Source of the DNA: a virus
IMG/VR virus record: IMGVR_UViG_3300017917_003053
Coordinates: 1-64,000 of that record
Reading direction: 5' to 3' (one strand)
Length of the DNA: 64,000 bases
In this document: positions 38,136 to 48,171 of the stretch, piece by piece
Numbering within the stretch: position 1 is the first letter of the stretch
Layout of the letters: each line of letters begins with the position of its first letter
The notes under the pieces: generated by a model
Told to the model about the DNA's origin: nothing
What the model saw: the letters and a program-made list of their open reading frames with translations, nothing else
Database searches by the model: none
Made by a program: the position numbers and the translations under genes

Positions 38136-38668
38136 AAATTAAAAACAAAAATGTTGAAACAAAATTTCCTATTCTGAAAACAGACATCTTTCGAGCAGCA
38201 GCAGAAAGAATTAATGCTGGACGTAATGGTTCAAGCGTAGTTATTCCTCATGTTTGTAACAATGTAAATGTTTTTGGAGGAGGATTTACTAGAGATCTAA
38301 GTATTAACTATCCTTTAGTTAAAGAAAACTTTCATATGTTATCCAACCCTAAATTGGGTAAGGTACAGTATGTTGAAGTTGCTAAGAATAATGTCTATGG
38401 TTACAAAATTATTGTAGCCAATATGATAGCACAAAATGGAACTATTGGACAAAAAAATCCTAGACCTCTTAATTATGCCGCATTAGCATTTTGCATGACG
38501 GAAGTAAAGCAATATTGCTTAGATTTAAGGAAGTTATTGGATTCTACTAAGGTAGAAATTCATGCTCCAAAATTTGGTTCTGGTCTTGCTGGTGGAGATT
38601 GGAACTTTATTCAAGAATTAATCATAGATACATGGAAATCATTCGATACCTTTATATACATAAAATAA
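38132..38668 (+). CDS. macro domain (ADP-ribose binding/hydrolase) protein
   Basis: IPHVCNNVNVFGGGF, VANMIAQ and HAPKFGSGLAGGDW. Confidence 0.88.
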   Translation: MKIKNKNVETKFPILKTDIFRAAAERINAGRNGSSVVIPHVCNNVNVFGGGFTRDLSINYPLVKENFHMLSNPKLGKVQYVEVAKNNVYGYKIIVANMIAQNGTIGQKNPRPLNYAALAFCMTEVKQYCLDLRKLLDSTKVEIHAPKFGSGLAGGDWNFIQELIIDTWKSFDTFIYIK

Positions 38669-39008
38669 TATGCCAAACTTAAATAACAAAGAGATAATTA
38701 CAAATTTTTCATTATCTACAATGAATATCAAAGTCATTACACAGTCTTCTCTTAATCAAGAAGAAAGTGTGAGGGAACATATGTCTGATTTTAATCGTAT
38801 GTCAGCGATCTTTAAAAAATATATGTCTGCCACCATAGCAAACATTGACGCTATTCTTGCAGAACTATCTAGTATAGATTCAATTAGGAGTGTAGAAATT
38901 ACTAATCCCAATAATAACAATGGTTTCATCTTTTACTTTGGGCTATCATGAATATTGATATCAAGCTTTATTATATCTTTATGGCAATAATACTATTAGG
39001 AATTTTAA

Positions 39009-39563
39009 ATGGACTCGGATGTTTCGGACAAAAAGAATAGATTATTAAATCAGAGAGTTTATTTGGCTGGGGCTATGGACAGAGTTGCAGATAGAGGGAA
39101 TGGATGGAGAGATAGTATAACTCCCTTTTTGCATAGCCTGGGCATTATTGTGTTTAATCCCATCAAAAAACCAACAGACATAGGCAAAGAAGATAATGAA
39201 GTTCATAAGCATAAAGTTTACTTAAAAAAAGAACAGAAATATGCAGAGTTATCTTCTTTAATGAAGACTATACGATCTGTTGATTTGAGGCTGGTAGATA
39301 TTAGTGATTTTTTGATAGTGAATCTAGATTTAGATATTCATCCTTGTGGCACTTATGAAGAAATTTTTTGGGCAAATCGACAGAAAAAACCTATAATAAT
39401 CCATATGGTTCAAGGTAAAAATCATGCTCCTGATTGGTTATTTGGAACAATACCTCATGAAATGATTTTTTCATCATGGAATGAAGTTCAAGATTACTTA
39501 ATAAGTATTAACAATTCACCAATAATCAACACTTTTAATAGATGGTATTTTTTTAAATCATGA
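39009..39563 (+). CDS. nucleoside 2-deoxyribosyltransferase-like / nucleotide N-hydrolase
   Basis: VYLAGAM, VFNP, DLRLVDISD and GTYEEIFWA..KKP. Confidence 0.8.
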   Translation: MDSDVSDKKNRLLNQRVYLAGAMDRVADRGNGWRDSITPFLHSLGIIVFNPIKKPTDIGKEDNEVHKHKVYLKKEQKYAELSSLMKTIRSVDLRLVDISDFLIVNLDLDIHPCGTYEEIFWANRQKKPIIIHMVQGKNHAPDWLFGTIPHEMIFSSWNEVQDYLISINNSPIINTFNRWYFFKS

Positions 39564-40042
39564 CAGAAAAAATAATTACATTACACGGTGACACAAAAGT
39601 AACTAAAGAATATGATTTTGTACCTGTTTATAAAATCAAATTTGGACATTCTTCTGTAGGAGGTAGAGGCGTATTTGCCACAGATAATATTGAAGAAGGT
39701 GAATTAATTGAAAGATGTCCCTTAGTACCTTTAGAACATCGTTCCAGATACCAAGCAGATCCATCAATATGGAGATACTGTTATACAAAACCCATGTGCG
39801 ATTGTTCTGAATGTAAAAACCATGGATTTATGTTTTATATGGTTTTAGGACACGGCATGATTTATAATCATCAAGATAATCATAATGCAGATATGAAGTT
39901 TCATCATAAAGATTTATATGTTGATATTATTGCTAATCGTCCAATAGCAAAAGATCAAGAAATTTTTGTTACATATGGCGATAAATACTTCAAGAATAAA
40001 GAAAAAGTTGTTGTAGAAAAAGAAAATATCTCCAATGAATAA
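39560..40042 (+). CDS. SET domain protein
   Basis: GRGVFA.DNI.EGELIE, YNH..NHNA, A.RPI.KDQEIFVTYG. Confidence 0.9.
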   Translation: MTEKIITLHGDTKVTKEYDFVPVYKIKFGHSSVGGRGVFATDNIEEGELIERCPLVPLEHRSRYQADPSIWRYCYTKPMCDCSECKNHGFMFYMVLGHGMIYNHQDNHNADMKFHHKDLYVDIIANRPIAKDQEIFVTYGDKYFKNKEKVVVEKENISNE

Positions 40043-40739
40043 TCTCTCGATAGGAATAACGTTTACAGCGTTTAGAAGATTAGACTATCTGAAACAAACG
40101 GTTGAGGCTTTACACAGAAGTTTTAAATATTGTAATATATATTTACCAATTCTATTTTCTATAGATTATTATGATGATTCCATACTAAACTATGTACAAA
40201 ATATAGATTGGTCAGATATAACCTTATCTGTTAATAATCCCAGTGTTGGTTGTAATAAAAATACAAAACTCGCCATCTCTATGGGCTTAAATGAATATGA
40301 TGCCATTATTCATTTAGAAGATGATACAGTACCATCAAAAGATTGTATTAGGTTTTTTGTTGATAATATACATAGATATTATTCAGACGAAGACATTTTA
40401 TGTGTAGGAGGATACAATAAAACCTTAGAGCCAAATACGACCTTACTTGATCAGGTTACTAAAAACATAGGATTTACATGTTGGGGTTGTGCCTTTTGGA
40501 AACACAAAAGTCAAATTTTATTAGACAATTGGATTCCTGCTATGAATAGAGAAAATAATTCTATGTCATGGGATTCTCATTTAAATGAAAATGTTTTTTT
40601 AGCCAAAAAATTATATCAAATTCGCCCACTGATATCTCGTATACAGAATATTGGGGCAGAAGATGGTACTTGGGTTCCTAATGCGGTATTTCATCAGAAC
40701 AGTCATCATACCCCGTATACTTCGGATGACATATTATGA
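40035..40739 (+). CDS. GT-A glycosyltransferase
   Basis: AFRRLDYL, IHLEDD, CWGCAFW, SRIQNIG. Confidence 0.8.
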   Translation: MNNLSIGITFTAFRRLDYLKQTVEALHRSFKYCNIYLPILFSIDYYDDSILNYVQNIDWSDITLSVNNPSVGCNKNTKLAISMGLNEYDAIIHLEDDTVPSKDCIRFFVDNIHRYYSDEDILCVGGYNKTLEPNTTLLDQVTKNIGFTCWGCAFWKHKSQILLDNWIPAMNRENNSMSWDSHLNENVFLAKKLYQIRPLISRIQNIGAEDGTWVPNAVFHQNSHHTPYTSDDIL

Positions 40740-41056
40740 AACTATTTCATCTGAAAAATTTTATAGGCGGTTGGGTTGTTGGTAATTTTGATCCATCAAT
40801 TATTAAAACAGATCAATTTGAAGTTGCTATCAAACATTATAAAGAAGGTCAACTTGAACAGAGACACTTGCATAAACTTGCAGAAGAAATTACTATCATT
40901 GTGAGTGGTAAAGTAAGAATGAACTCTGTTATGTATACTTCTGGAGATATAGTCTTTATAGATAAAGATGAATCAACCGATTTTGAAGTTTTACAAGACA
41001 CAATAACATGTGTAATTAAAATACCGTCCATTTTAAATGATAAATACATAATATGA
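40736..41056 (+). CDS. cupin domain protein
   Basis: HxHKLAEEITIIVSGK...GDIV. Confidence 0.8.
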   Translation: MKLFHLKNFIGGWVVGNFDPSIIKTDQFEVAIKHYKEGQLEQRHLHKLAEEITIIVSGKVRMNSVMYTSGDIVFIDKDESTDFEVLQDTITCVIKIPSILNDKYII

Positions 41057-42420
41057 ATACAAAATTAATTATTTTTGATATGGATGGAGTTTTGGTTGAT
41101 ATTAAAGATATACATTTCCATACGTTGAACGAAGCCTTATTGTCTGTCAATGAAAAATATGTGATTAGTTACGATGAACATCTTTCTACTTTTGATGGAC
41201 TAAAAACCATAGATAAGCTTAAAATTTTGACAGAATCTAAAGGGTTGCCCATAGAATATCACAACCATATTTGGAATATTAAACAGCAAAAAACTATATC
41301 ATATCTCAAAAAATTAGAATGTAATCCTAAGATTTTTGATACATTAAAGAAACTCAAACAACTAGGATTAACAATAGCCGTAGCATCAAATTCTATCAGA
41401 GAAACAGTCAAACATGTTTTAGTATCCACTAAATATATTGAACATATAGATTTTTTCTTATCAAATGAAGATGTGAAAAATGCTAAACCAAACTCTGAGA
41501 TATATTTGCAATGTATGATTAAAGCAGGTGTGTCTCCCAAAGAAACTATTATATTTGAAGATTCTCCTCTTGGTATTAAAGCGGCACAAAACACAGGAGC
41601 AGAAGTAATTATGGTTAAAAATACTAAAGATATTAACGAAAATATTTTTGACAAAATTAATAAAACACATACTCCTCAGAATAATAGCAAGTGGCTCAAT
41701 AAGAAACTAAATATTGTTATACCTATGGCTGGTGCTGGCTCTCGTTTTGAACAGGCTGGGTATACTTTTCCAAAACCATTAATTGATGTTAATGGCGAGC
41801 CTATGATAAAAGTTGTAGTAGATAATCTTAATATTGATGCAACTTATACTTTTATAGTACAAAAATCTCACTATGAGAAGTATAATCTGTATCATATGTT
41901 AAATTTAATAACTCCAAAATGCAATATCATTCCTATTGATGGAATCACAGAGGGTGCGGCATGTACAGTATTGTTGGCCAAAAAGTTTATTGATAATGAT
42001 AATCCTTTGCTGTTAGCAAATTCTGATCAGTTTATAGAATGGAATAGTCATGACTTTATGTACACTGTAGAAAATTCTACAACAGATGGAACTATTTTAA
42101 CATTTAAATCAACTCATCCCAAATGGTCTTTTGCTAAATTAGACAGTAATGGTTTTGTTGCTGAAGTAGCAGAAAAAAAACCAATATCAGATATCGCCAC
42201 TGTAGGTATTTATTATTGGACGAAAGGATCAGATTTTGTGAAGTATGCAGAACAGATGATACAAAACAATATCAGAGTAAACAATGAATTTTATGTTTGT
42301 CCAGTATATAATGAAGCCATAGCAGATGGTAAAAAAATCAGAACATATAATATCAATAATATGTATGGTTTAGGTACTCCAGAAGATTTATCTATATTTT
42401 TAAAATCACATGGTAGATAG
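41053..42420 (+). CDS. HAD phosphatase / sugar nucleotidyltransferase fusion
   Basis: FDMDGVL, ASNS, KP, FEDS (HAD); IPMAGAGSRF...PKPLI, EKKPIS, GTPED (NTP transferase). Confidence 0.9.
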   Translation: MNTKLIIFDMDGVLVDIKDIHFHTLNEALLSVNEKYVISYDEHLSTFDGLKTIDKLKILTESKGLPIEYHNHIWNIKQQKTISYLKKLECNPKIFDTLKKLKQLGLTIAVASNSIRETVKHVLVSTKYIEHIDFFLSNEDVKNAKPNSEIYLQCMIKAGVSPKETIIFEDSPLGIKAAQNTGAEVIMVKNTKDINENIFDKINKTHTPQNNSKWLNKKLNIVIPMAGAGSRFEQAGYTFPKPLIDVNGEPMIKVVVDNLNIDATYTFIVQKSHYEKYNLYHMLNLITPKCNIIPIDGITEGAACTVLLAKKFIDNDNPLLLANSDQFIEWNSHDFMYTVENSTTDGTILTFKSTHPKWSFAKLDSNGFVAEVAEKKPISDIATVGIYYWTKGSDFVKYAEQMIQNNIRVNNEFYVCPVYNEAIADGKKIRTYNINNMYGLGTPEDLSIFLKSHGR

Positions 42421-43030
42421 TATGAAAAAAATTATATTTGATGTTGGTGCTAATCATGGAATTGATAGCATACCAAGAGCACAAGAGGATATAGAAAATA
42501 CAATTGTATATGCCTTTGAGCCAACTCCATTTTTGATAGATGTGCTTAAACATAAAGCATCATCTTTATCAAACTATATTATTGTAGAAAAGGCAGTATC
42601 AGATTTTAATGGAACGGCTAAATTCAATGTTGCTGGAAATGATGATTGGGGATGTAGTTCATTACTAGAATTTTCTGAACAATCTTTTGTTCAATGGCCA
42701 GGAAGGACAGACTTTAGTGTTACAGATATTATAGAAGTAGAAGTAATAAGATTAGATAATTTTATTTCTCAACATAATATATCTCAAATAGATTATTTAC
42801 ATATTGATACGCAAGGGTCTGATCTAAAGGTATTGCATGGATTGGGCCAGTATATTGATTTAGTAAAAGAAGGTTTGATGGAAGCCGCATACAAGAAGGA
42901 CATTCTATATAAAAATCAGAATACTGTAGAAGATTCAGTGGAATTTTTAAAACAGCATGGATTCTCTATTACCGCAATTACCTCAAATGATATATTTAAT
43001 AATGAAGCTAATATAAGGTTCGTAAGATGA
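42410..43030 (+). CDS. FkbM-family methyltransferase
   Basis: FDVGANHG, YAFEP and IDYLHIDTQG.DL.VL.G motifs. Confidence 0.9.
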   Translation: MVDSMKKIIFDVGANHGIDSIPRAQEDIENTIVYAFEPTPFLIDVLKHKASSLSNYIIVEKAVSDFNGTAKFNVAGNDDWGCSSLLEFSEQSFVQWPGRTDFSVTDIIEVEVIRLDNFISQHNISQIDYLHIDTQGSDLKVLHGLGQYIDLVKEGLMEAAYKKDILYKNQNTVEDSVEFLKQHGFSITAITSNDIFNNEANIRFVR

Positions 43031-43779
43031 GAATTGCTCTTTGTCTGTCTGGTCATTTAAGAACATATAACTCTTCAATGGTTCATCAGTCATTTATAGA
43101 TTTTAAAAATTATTTATCCCGATTTGGCTCTATTGATATTTTTATAGCATCATGGAATCGACAAAATACAAAAAATAGTTGGTCTGCATCTCATAATTTG
43201 AATGATGTAAACACTGCTGATTGTATAGTAGACAGTACTCTGATCCAAAAACACTATGAAACAGAGAATGTTTGGTTGTATAATTATGATTACTATGATG
43301 ACATTAATTATAGTCCTTTAAAATACTACTATTTTACTAATAAAGAATATATTTGGGATAGTAGAGGGATTAATAATGAGATTATACATTCTACGAAAAT
43401 GTTTTACTTGATATATCAATGTAATCTCAAAAAGATGCAATATGAGTATAATAATAAATTTAAATATGATTGTGTTTTTAGAATTAGACCAGATCATGCT
43501 TTTGATATGAGCCAATGCCAACAGATTAATCTAGAGAATATTAAATCTGATAGATTATATATTCCTAAACATAATGATAGATTTGCTTATGGATCATCTG
43601 ATATAATGAACAAATATTCATACTCAATACATCATATGTCTCACTTTTTTCAGCAAGGAATATTTGGAGATCCTGAAACTATACAAAAATCCTGTATAGA
43701 ATCTGTGATTAATCCGGATCATATAGTATACATACCTATGTGCGGAGTGTTGGTATCAGATACAGGATATATAAGATAA
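43027..43779 (+). CDS. putative glycosyltransferase-like protein
   Basis: RIALCLSGHLR, YDCVFRIRPD, NDRFAYG; family commonly seen in polysaccharide loci. Confidence 0.6.
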   Translation: MRIALCLSGHLRTYNSSMVHQSFIDFKNYLSRFGSIDIFIASWNRQNTKNSWSASHNLNDVNTADCIVDSTLIQKHYETENVWLYNYDYYDDINYSPLKYYYFTNKEYIWDSRGINNEIIHSTKMFYLIYQCNLKKMQYEYNNKFKYDCVFRIRPDHAFDMSQCQQINLENIKSDRLYIPKHNDRFAYGSSDIMNKYSYSIHHMSHFFQQGIFGDPETIQKSCIESVINPDHIVYIPMCGVLVSDTGYIR

Positions 43780-43799
43780 TATCAAAGTAAGATATAATA

Positions 43800-44456
43800 A
43801 TGAAAATAGCCATACTGTATTCTGGATTGCCTATTTGTAATGAATCAATACTTCTGTCTCACAAAAAATATATCTGGGATCTATATGATACCGATTTATA
43901 CTTATCAACATATTCCCAAAGTGCTTTTGACCAAGATATAATTGATCAACTGTGCAATTTTACATCTTTTAAAACGATACACATAGAAAATTTTGATACT
44001 GTCTATGCGAATTGTTTATCTTCCATTGAACAAAATATACACATCAAAAAAGATGAAACAAAAACTATTAACACTCTGTCTATGTTTTATAAAATTAGTA
44101 GTTGTTTTTCTTTAGTCCCTGACTCTTATGATATCTTAATAAGACATAGACTTGATGTAACAGTAGACGAACCTCTTACTTTATACAATAACGACGGGGT
44201 TAATGTACCACGCGGAGGAGATCATCATGGAGGATTGCTTGACTTATTTGCCTTTGGTTCATATACTTCTATGAGCGTATATTGCCGATTGTTCAATCAT
44301 TTGCATCACTATATTCATAATTTGTCTTGCGTTTTTCATCCAGAAAGTTTATTGCGTTTTCACTGTAACTATCACCAATTACCAATTCACAGGTTTAATT
44401 ACAACCTCTATCTTAGAGGACAACTTTTTAATACCACAGCACCATGTGTAGAATAA
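43800..44456 (+). CDS. putative glycosyltransferase-like protein, paralog of 43027-43779
   Basis: KIAILYSG, YDILIRHRLD, DLFAFG, HPE. Confidence 0.6.
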   Translation: MKIAILYSGLPICNESILLSHKKYIWDLYDTDLYLSTYSQSAFDQDIIDQLCNFTSFKTIHIENFDTVYANCLSSIEQNIHIKKDETKTINTLSMFYKISSCFSLVPDSYDILIRHRLDVTVDEPLTLYNNDGVNVPRGGDHHGGLLDLFAFGSYTSMSVYCRLFNHLHHYIHNLSCVFHPESLLRFHCNYHQLPIHRFNYNLYLRGQLFNTTAPCVE

Positions 44457-44457
44457 T

Positions 44458-45576
44458 ATGCAAAAAATAATTAATGAAATTAAACTAGATTTTGATGACG
44501 TTCTAATACGACCTAAAAGATCAACTCTTAACAGTAGATCAGAGGTTGATTTAACAAGAGAGTTTAAATTCAAATACTCTCCGAGAAAATTATCAGCCGT
44601 ACCAATCATGGTGGCTAATATGGATACTGTTGGAACTTTTGCTATGGCAAAATCATTAGTCAAGCAAAATGCTATCACATGCTTACACAAGCACTATTTA
44701 CCATATGAATATATTGAATTCTATAGTGATCCAAATATTCCTAATAAAGATTTAGTTTTTTATTCGATAGGCACTGGACAAAAAGATCTAGAAAAACTCT
44801 CTTACGTTCACAACCATCTTACAGAAGGTAAGCATTGTCCAGGACCAAATATATGCTTAGATATTGCAAATGGATATACTGAACAATTTGTTAAAACAGC
44901 AGCAAGTATAAGAAAATTATTTCCAGATTCTATATTAATGGCTGGAAATGTTGTTACTCCAGAAATGACAGAGGAATTGATCATTCATGGTAAAGTTGAT
45001 ATAGTCAAGGTTGGTATAGGTTCGGGTAGTGTGTGTACCACTCGTTTAAAAACTGGCGTGGGATACCCTCAATTGAGTGCTGTGATGGAGTGTGCTGATG
45101 CTGCCCACGGTCTTGGTGGACATATTTGTTCTGATGGTGGTTGCAAAGTAGTTGGAGATATTTGCAAAGCATTTGGTGGTAATACAGACTTTGTAATGTT
45201 GGGCAGTATGTTTGCTGGTGCTGATGAGTGCGAAGGAGAATGGAAATATGAATATCGTACCAGTATGGGATTTTGGCAACCTTTAGACCCGGAACACGAA
45301 TTTGAATGTGAGAAAAGAAAAGTATCATTACAATATTATGGTATGAGTAGTGAAAACGCTATGAATAAACACCATAATGGAGTAGCAAGATATAGAACAG
45401 CAGAAGGTAAATGTACAACTGTTTCATATAAAGGAACCGCTGAAAGTATCATTCAAGATATTTATGGCGGTTTAAGAAGCTCATGTACATACATTGGAGC
45501 AACAAAAATCAAAGATTTCGGTAAAAAAACAACATTTATACAAGTCAACAATACCCATAATAAATTATATGAATAA
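44458..45576 (+). CDS. guaC: GMP reductase
   Basis: KLDFDDVLIRPKRSTL.SRS, ANMDTVG, DIANGY, KVGIGSGSVCTTR, YGMSS, GGLRSSCTYIGA. Confidence 0.95.
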   Translation: MQKIINEIKLDFDDVLIRPKRSTLNSRSEVDLTREFKFKYSPRKLSAVPIMVANMDTVGTFAMAKSLVKQNAITCLHKHYLPYEYIEFYSDPNIPNKDLVFYSIGTGQKDLEKLSYVHNHLTEGKHCPGPNICLDIANGYTEQFVKTAASIRKLFPDSILMAGNVVTPEMTEELIIHGKVDIVKVGIGSGSVCTTRLKTGVGYPQLSAVMECADAAHGLGGHICSDGGCKVVGDICKAFGGNTDFVMLGSMFAGADECEGEWKYEYRTSMGFWQPLDPEHEFECEKRKVSLQYYGMSSENAMNKHHNGVARYRTAEGKCTTVSYKGTAESIIQDIYGGLRSSCTYIGATKIKDFGKKTTFIQVNNTHNKLYE

Positions 45577-46657
45577 ATCTATACTAATTAATAGTCCTAT
45601 CGGATATACTGGTTACGGAGTAGTTGGATGGAATATATGCAAAGAATTATATTCTAGACCAGATGTAGATCTTACTGTGTTTCCTATCACAACTCAAAGA
45701 TTTACAAATATGCCCAAACTAGATAGCGAAGAAGAAGACCAAATACTGTCTAGTATGATGCACAAGAGTTTTGATCCCAAAGGAGCGTGTGTTAGGATTT
45801 GGCATCAATTTGATTTAGCAGAAAGGATCGGCACAGGGAAATATATTGCTTTCCCATTTTTTGAATTAGATACATTTAATCCTAGGGAGTTGTTACACCT
45901 TAAGGTTCCTGATCATTTTGTAGTTGCGTCTAATTGGGCTAAGAATATATTAATTTCTAACAATGTTAATACTCCTATAGACGTTGTACCATTGGGGGTT
46001 AATACAGAAATATTCGATCATAAATTATGCAAAGATAAAAACGATGATGACCCATATATATTTATGGTTGGAGGTAAGTGGGAAATTAGAAAAGCTTATG
46101 ATGTATTATTGGATGTATTTACTAAAGCATTTACTAAAGATGACAATGTTGAATTATGGATAGCAGCATCTTCTGATAAAACATGTTTTTCAGAAAAAGA
46201 ATTGACAGATTGGCATAATTATTATTTAACATCTACTTTAAAAGAAAAAATTACTATTATCCCAAGAGTAAAAACTCAAAAGGATGTTGCTGAGAAAATG
46301 GCAAAAGCAGACTGTGGTATATTTTTATCCAGAGCAGAAGGTTGGAATCTGGAATTGTTAGAGATGATGAGTATGGGTAAACCAATTATCACAACTAATT
46401 ATTCCGCACATACAGAATTTTGCAATAGTCAGAATTCTTCGCTGATAGAAATTACAGAGACAGAACCAGCATTTGACGGAAAATGGTTTTTTGGTAATGG
46501 AAATTGGGCTAAGTTAGGCAAAGATCAAATAGAACAAGCCGTACAGTATATGAGAAGTATGTATAAGGAAAGAAAAAGAACCAATCCAGAAGGTATTAAA
46601 ACTGGTCAAGTGTTCTCTTGGAAGAATTCGGTTGATCAACTCTTAAAGTGTATATAA
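45569..46657 (+). CDS. GT4 (GT-B) glycosyltransferase
   Basis: TGYG, PLGVN, SRAEGWNLELLEMMSMGKPII. Confidence 0.9.
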   Translation: MNKSILINSPIGYTGYGVVGWNICKELYSRPDVDLTVFPITTQRFTNMPKLDSEEEDQILSSMMHKSFDPKGACVRIWHQFDLAERIGTGKYIAFPFFELDTFNPRELLHLKVPDHFVVASNWAKNILISNNVNTPIDVVPLGVNTEIFDHKLCKDKNDDDPYIFMVGGKWEIRKAYDVLLDVFTKAFTKDDNVELWIAASSDKTCFSEKELTDWHNYYLTSTLKEKITIIPRVKTQKDVAEKMAKADCGIFLSRAEGWNLELLEMMSMGKPIITTNYSAHTEFCNSQNSSLIEITETEPAFDGKWFFGNGNWAKLGKDQIEQAVQYMRSMYKERKRTNPEGIKTGQVFSWKNSVDQLLKCI

Positions 46658-46675
46658 AGATTAAGGAGATACTAT

Positions 46676-47188
46676 ATGCCAATTCCTAGCCCAGAATCAA
46701 ATGAAGATAAGAAAAAGTTTGTTTCTCGCTGTATGAGCAGCGAAGTAATGAAAAAGGACTACCCAGATACTGCTCAAAGAGTTGCTATTTGCTTGGGACA
46801 AACTAAAAAAAATAAATCTTCATTAATAGAAGAAGTACATGATGAGTTATTTGCTAAAAATTGCTCATGGGATGATGAGTGGGATGAATTTGTTTGGGAA
46901 ATTGAAGCATCGGAAATTTATGATGAAGAGGGCAAGGTTATAGCCGCAGAAAAAGAAGGCAGAAAAGTTACTCTCAATAAACCTTTTCGCACTCCTGATG
47001 GGCCAAAAAAGTTTAGTGTTTATGTCAAGAATGAGAAGGGTAATGTAGTCAAAGTCAATTTTGGCGATCCCAATATGAAAATAAAGAAAAATATTCCAGA
47101 ACGTCGAAAAAGTTTTAGGGCCAGACATAATTGTGACAATCCCGGCCCTAAGTGGAAGGCTCGCTACTGGGCTTGTAAAGCATGGTGA
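46676..47188 (+). CDS. modular phage protein
   Basis: N-terminal PIPSP..E.K.FVSRCM..QRVAIC module; C-terminal KKF.VYV..V.FGD..RRKSFRARH.C..ARYWAC module; both recur in large-phage proteins. Confidence 0.7.
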   Translation: MPIPSPESNEDKKKFVSRCMSSEVMKKDYPDTAQRVAICLGQTKKNKSSLIEEVHDELFAKNCSWDDEWDEFVWEIEASEIYDEEGKVIAAEKEGRKVTLNKPFRTPDGPKKFSVYVKNEKGNVVKVNFGDPNMKIKKNIPERRKSFRARHNCDNPGPKWKARYWACKAW

Positions 47189-47192
47189 AATT

Positions 47193-47732
47193 ATGAAAAA
47201 AATAGAAGAATTACTCAAAGAACAAGAAAGTCATCCTATGCAAACGTCTGCACAAAGTATAGAAAATTATTCTAGTCCTAATATAGTAGATTTATTAAAA
47301 CAGTCATTAAATATACACTGGCAACAAACTACTGCTCTTTCTGCACAGGCTGTTCATCTTGACAGATGGGGTTATAAAAAATTAGCTGCCATAATTAAAG
47401 AAGATGCTTTACAAGAGCATGAACACGCAATGATTAATTTATCTAGATTAGAATTTTTTGATGCAGATTATCAACCATTAATAGTTTCTCCTCCAACTTG
47501 GAGCCGTCATGATATGGTTGCTATGATAAAATATAATCTAGATTCTGTAAGAGAAGCAGCATCAGCAGAAAAAGCAACCATCTTGGCAGCAAGATCTGCG
47601 GGAGATGAAATTACAGCAAATATTATGATTCCATTACTACAGGGTAGTGAAGATGGTATTGCTCTTTATGAAGGATTCTTAAAGCTAATTGACCAAATGG
47701 GTATTGACAACTTCTTAACATTACAAGTTTAA
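47193..47732 (+). CDS. divergent bacterioferritin-like protein
   Basis: WGYKKLA, ExxH (QEHEH), RLEF, GDEITA, C-terminal LIDQMGIDNFL.LQ. Confidence 0.75.
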   Translation: MKKIEELLKEQESHPMQTSAQSIENYSSPNIVDLLKQSLNIHWQQTTALSAQAVHLDRWGYKKLAAIIKEDALQEHEHAMINLSRLEFFDADYQPLIVSPPTWSRHDMVAMIKYNLDSVREAASAEKATILAARSAGDEITANIMIPLLQGSEDGIALYEGFLKLIDQMGIDNFLTLQV

Positions 47733-47735
47733 CTC

Positions 47736-48167
47736 ATGTTTAGATCAAGAGCAGAAGAAATATTAGACAAAGTACAAAATAATATAGAGTGTCCTCCAGC
47801 GACACAAGATATTAGTCTAAACTTATCTAATAGAAAAATTTGTGTAGATAAAGCAAACTATGGACCAGCAAATCCTAATATAGATAATCTAGATTTTTGG
47901 AAGAAGAAAGCGGAATTATTTAAAACATCGGTACAAGAAGCACAAACTATGAGATGCAAAAATTGTGCTGCTTTTGTTATTAAAGATAAAATGCGTCAAT
48001 GTATTGAAAAAGGTATTGCTTCTCAATCTATTAAAGAAGAAGATATAGCAAAAGAAATTGTAGACGAAGCTAATCTAGGATACTGTGAATTATTTGACTT
48101 TAAATGTGCTGGTGATCGTACTTGTGATGCTTGGATAACTGGTGGCCCTCTATCTAATCAAAGGTGA
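47736..48167 (+). CDS. Cys-rich protein, HiPIP-like motif
   Basis: RCKNCAAF...GYCELFDFKC....TCDAW. Confidence 0.55.
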   Translation: MFRSRAEEILDKVQNNIECPPATQDISLNLSNRKICVDKANYGPANPNIDNLDFWKKKAELFKTSVQEAQTMRCKNCAAFVIKDKMRQCIEKGIASQSIKEEDIAKEIVDEANLGYCELFDFKCAGDRTCDAWITGGPLSNQR

Positions 48168-48171
48168 TATT

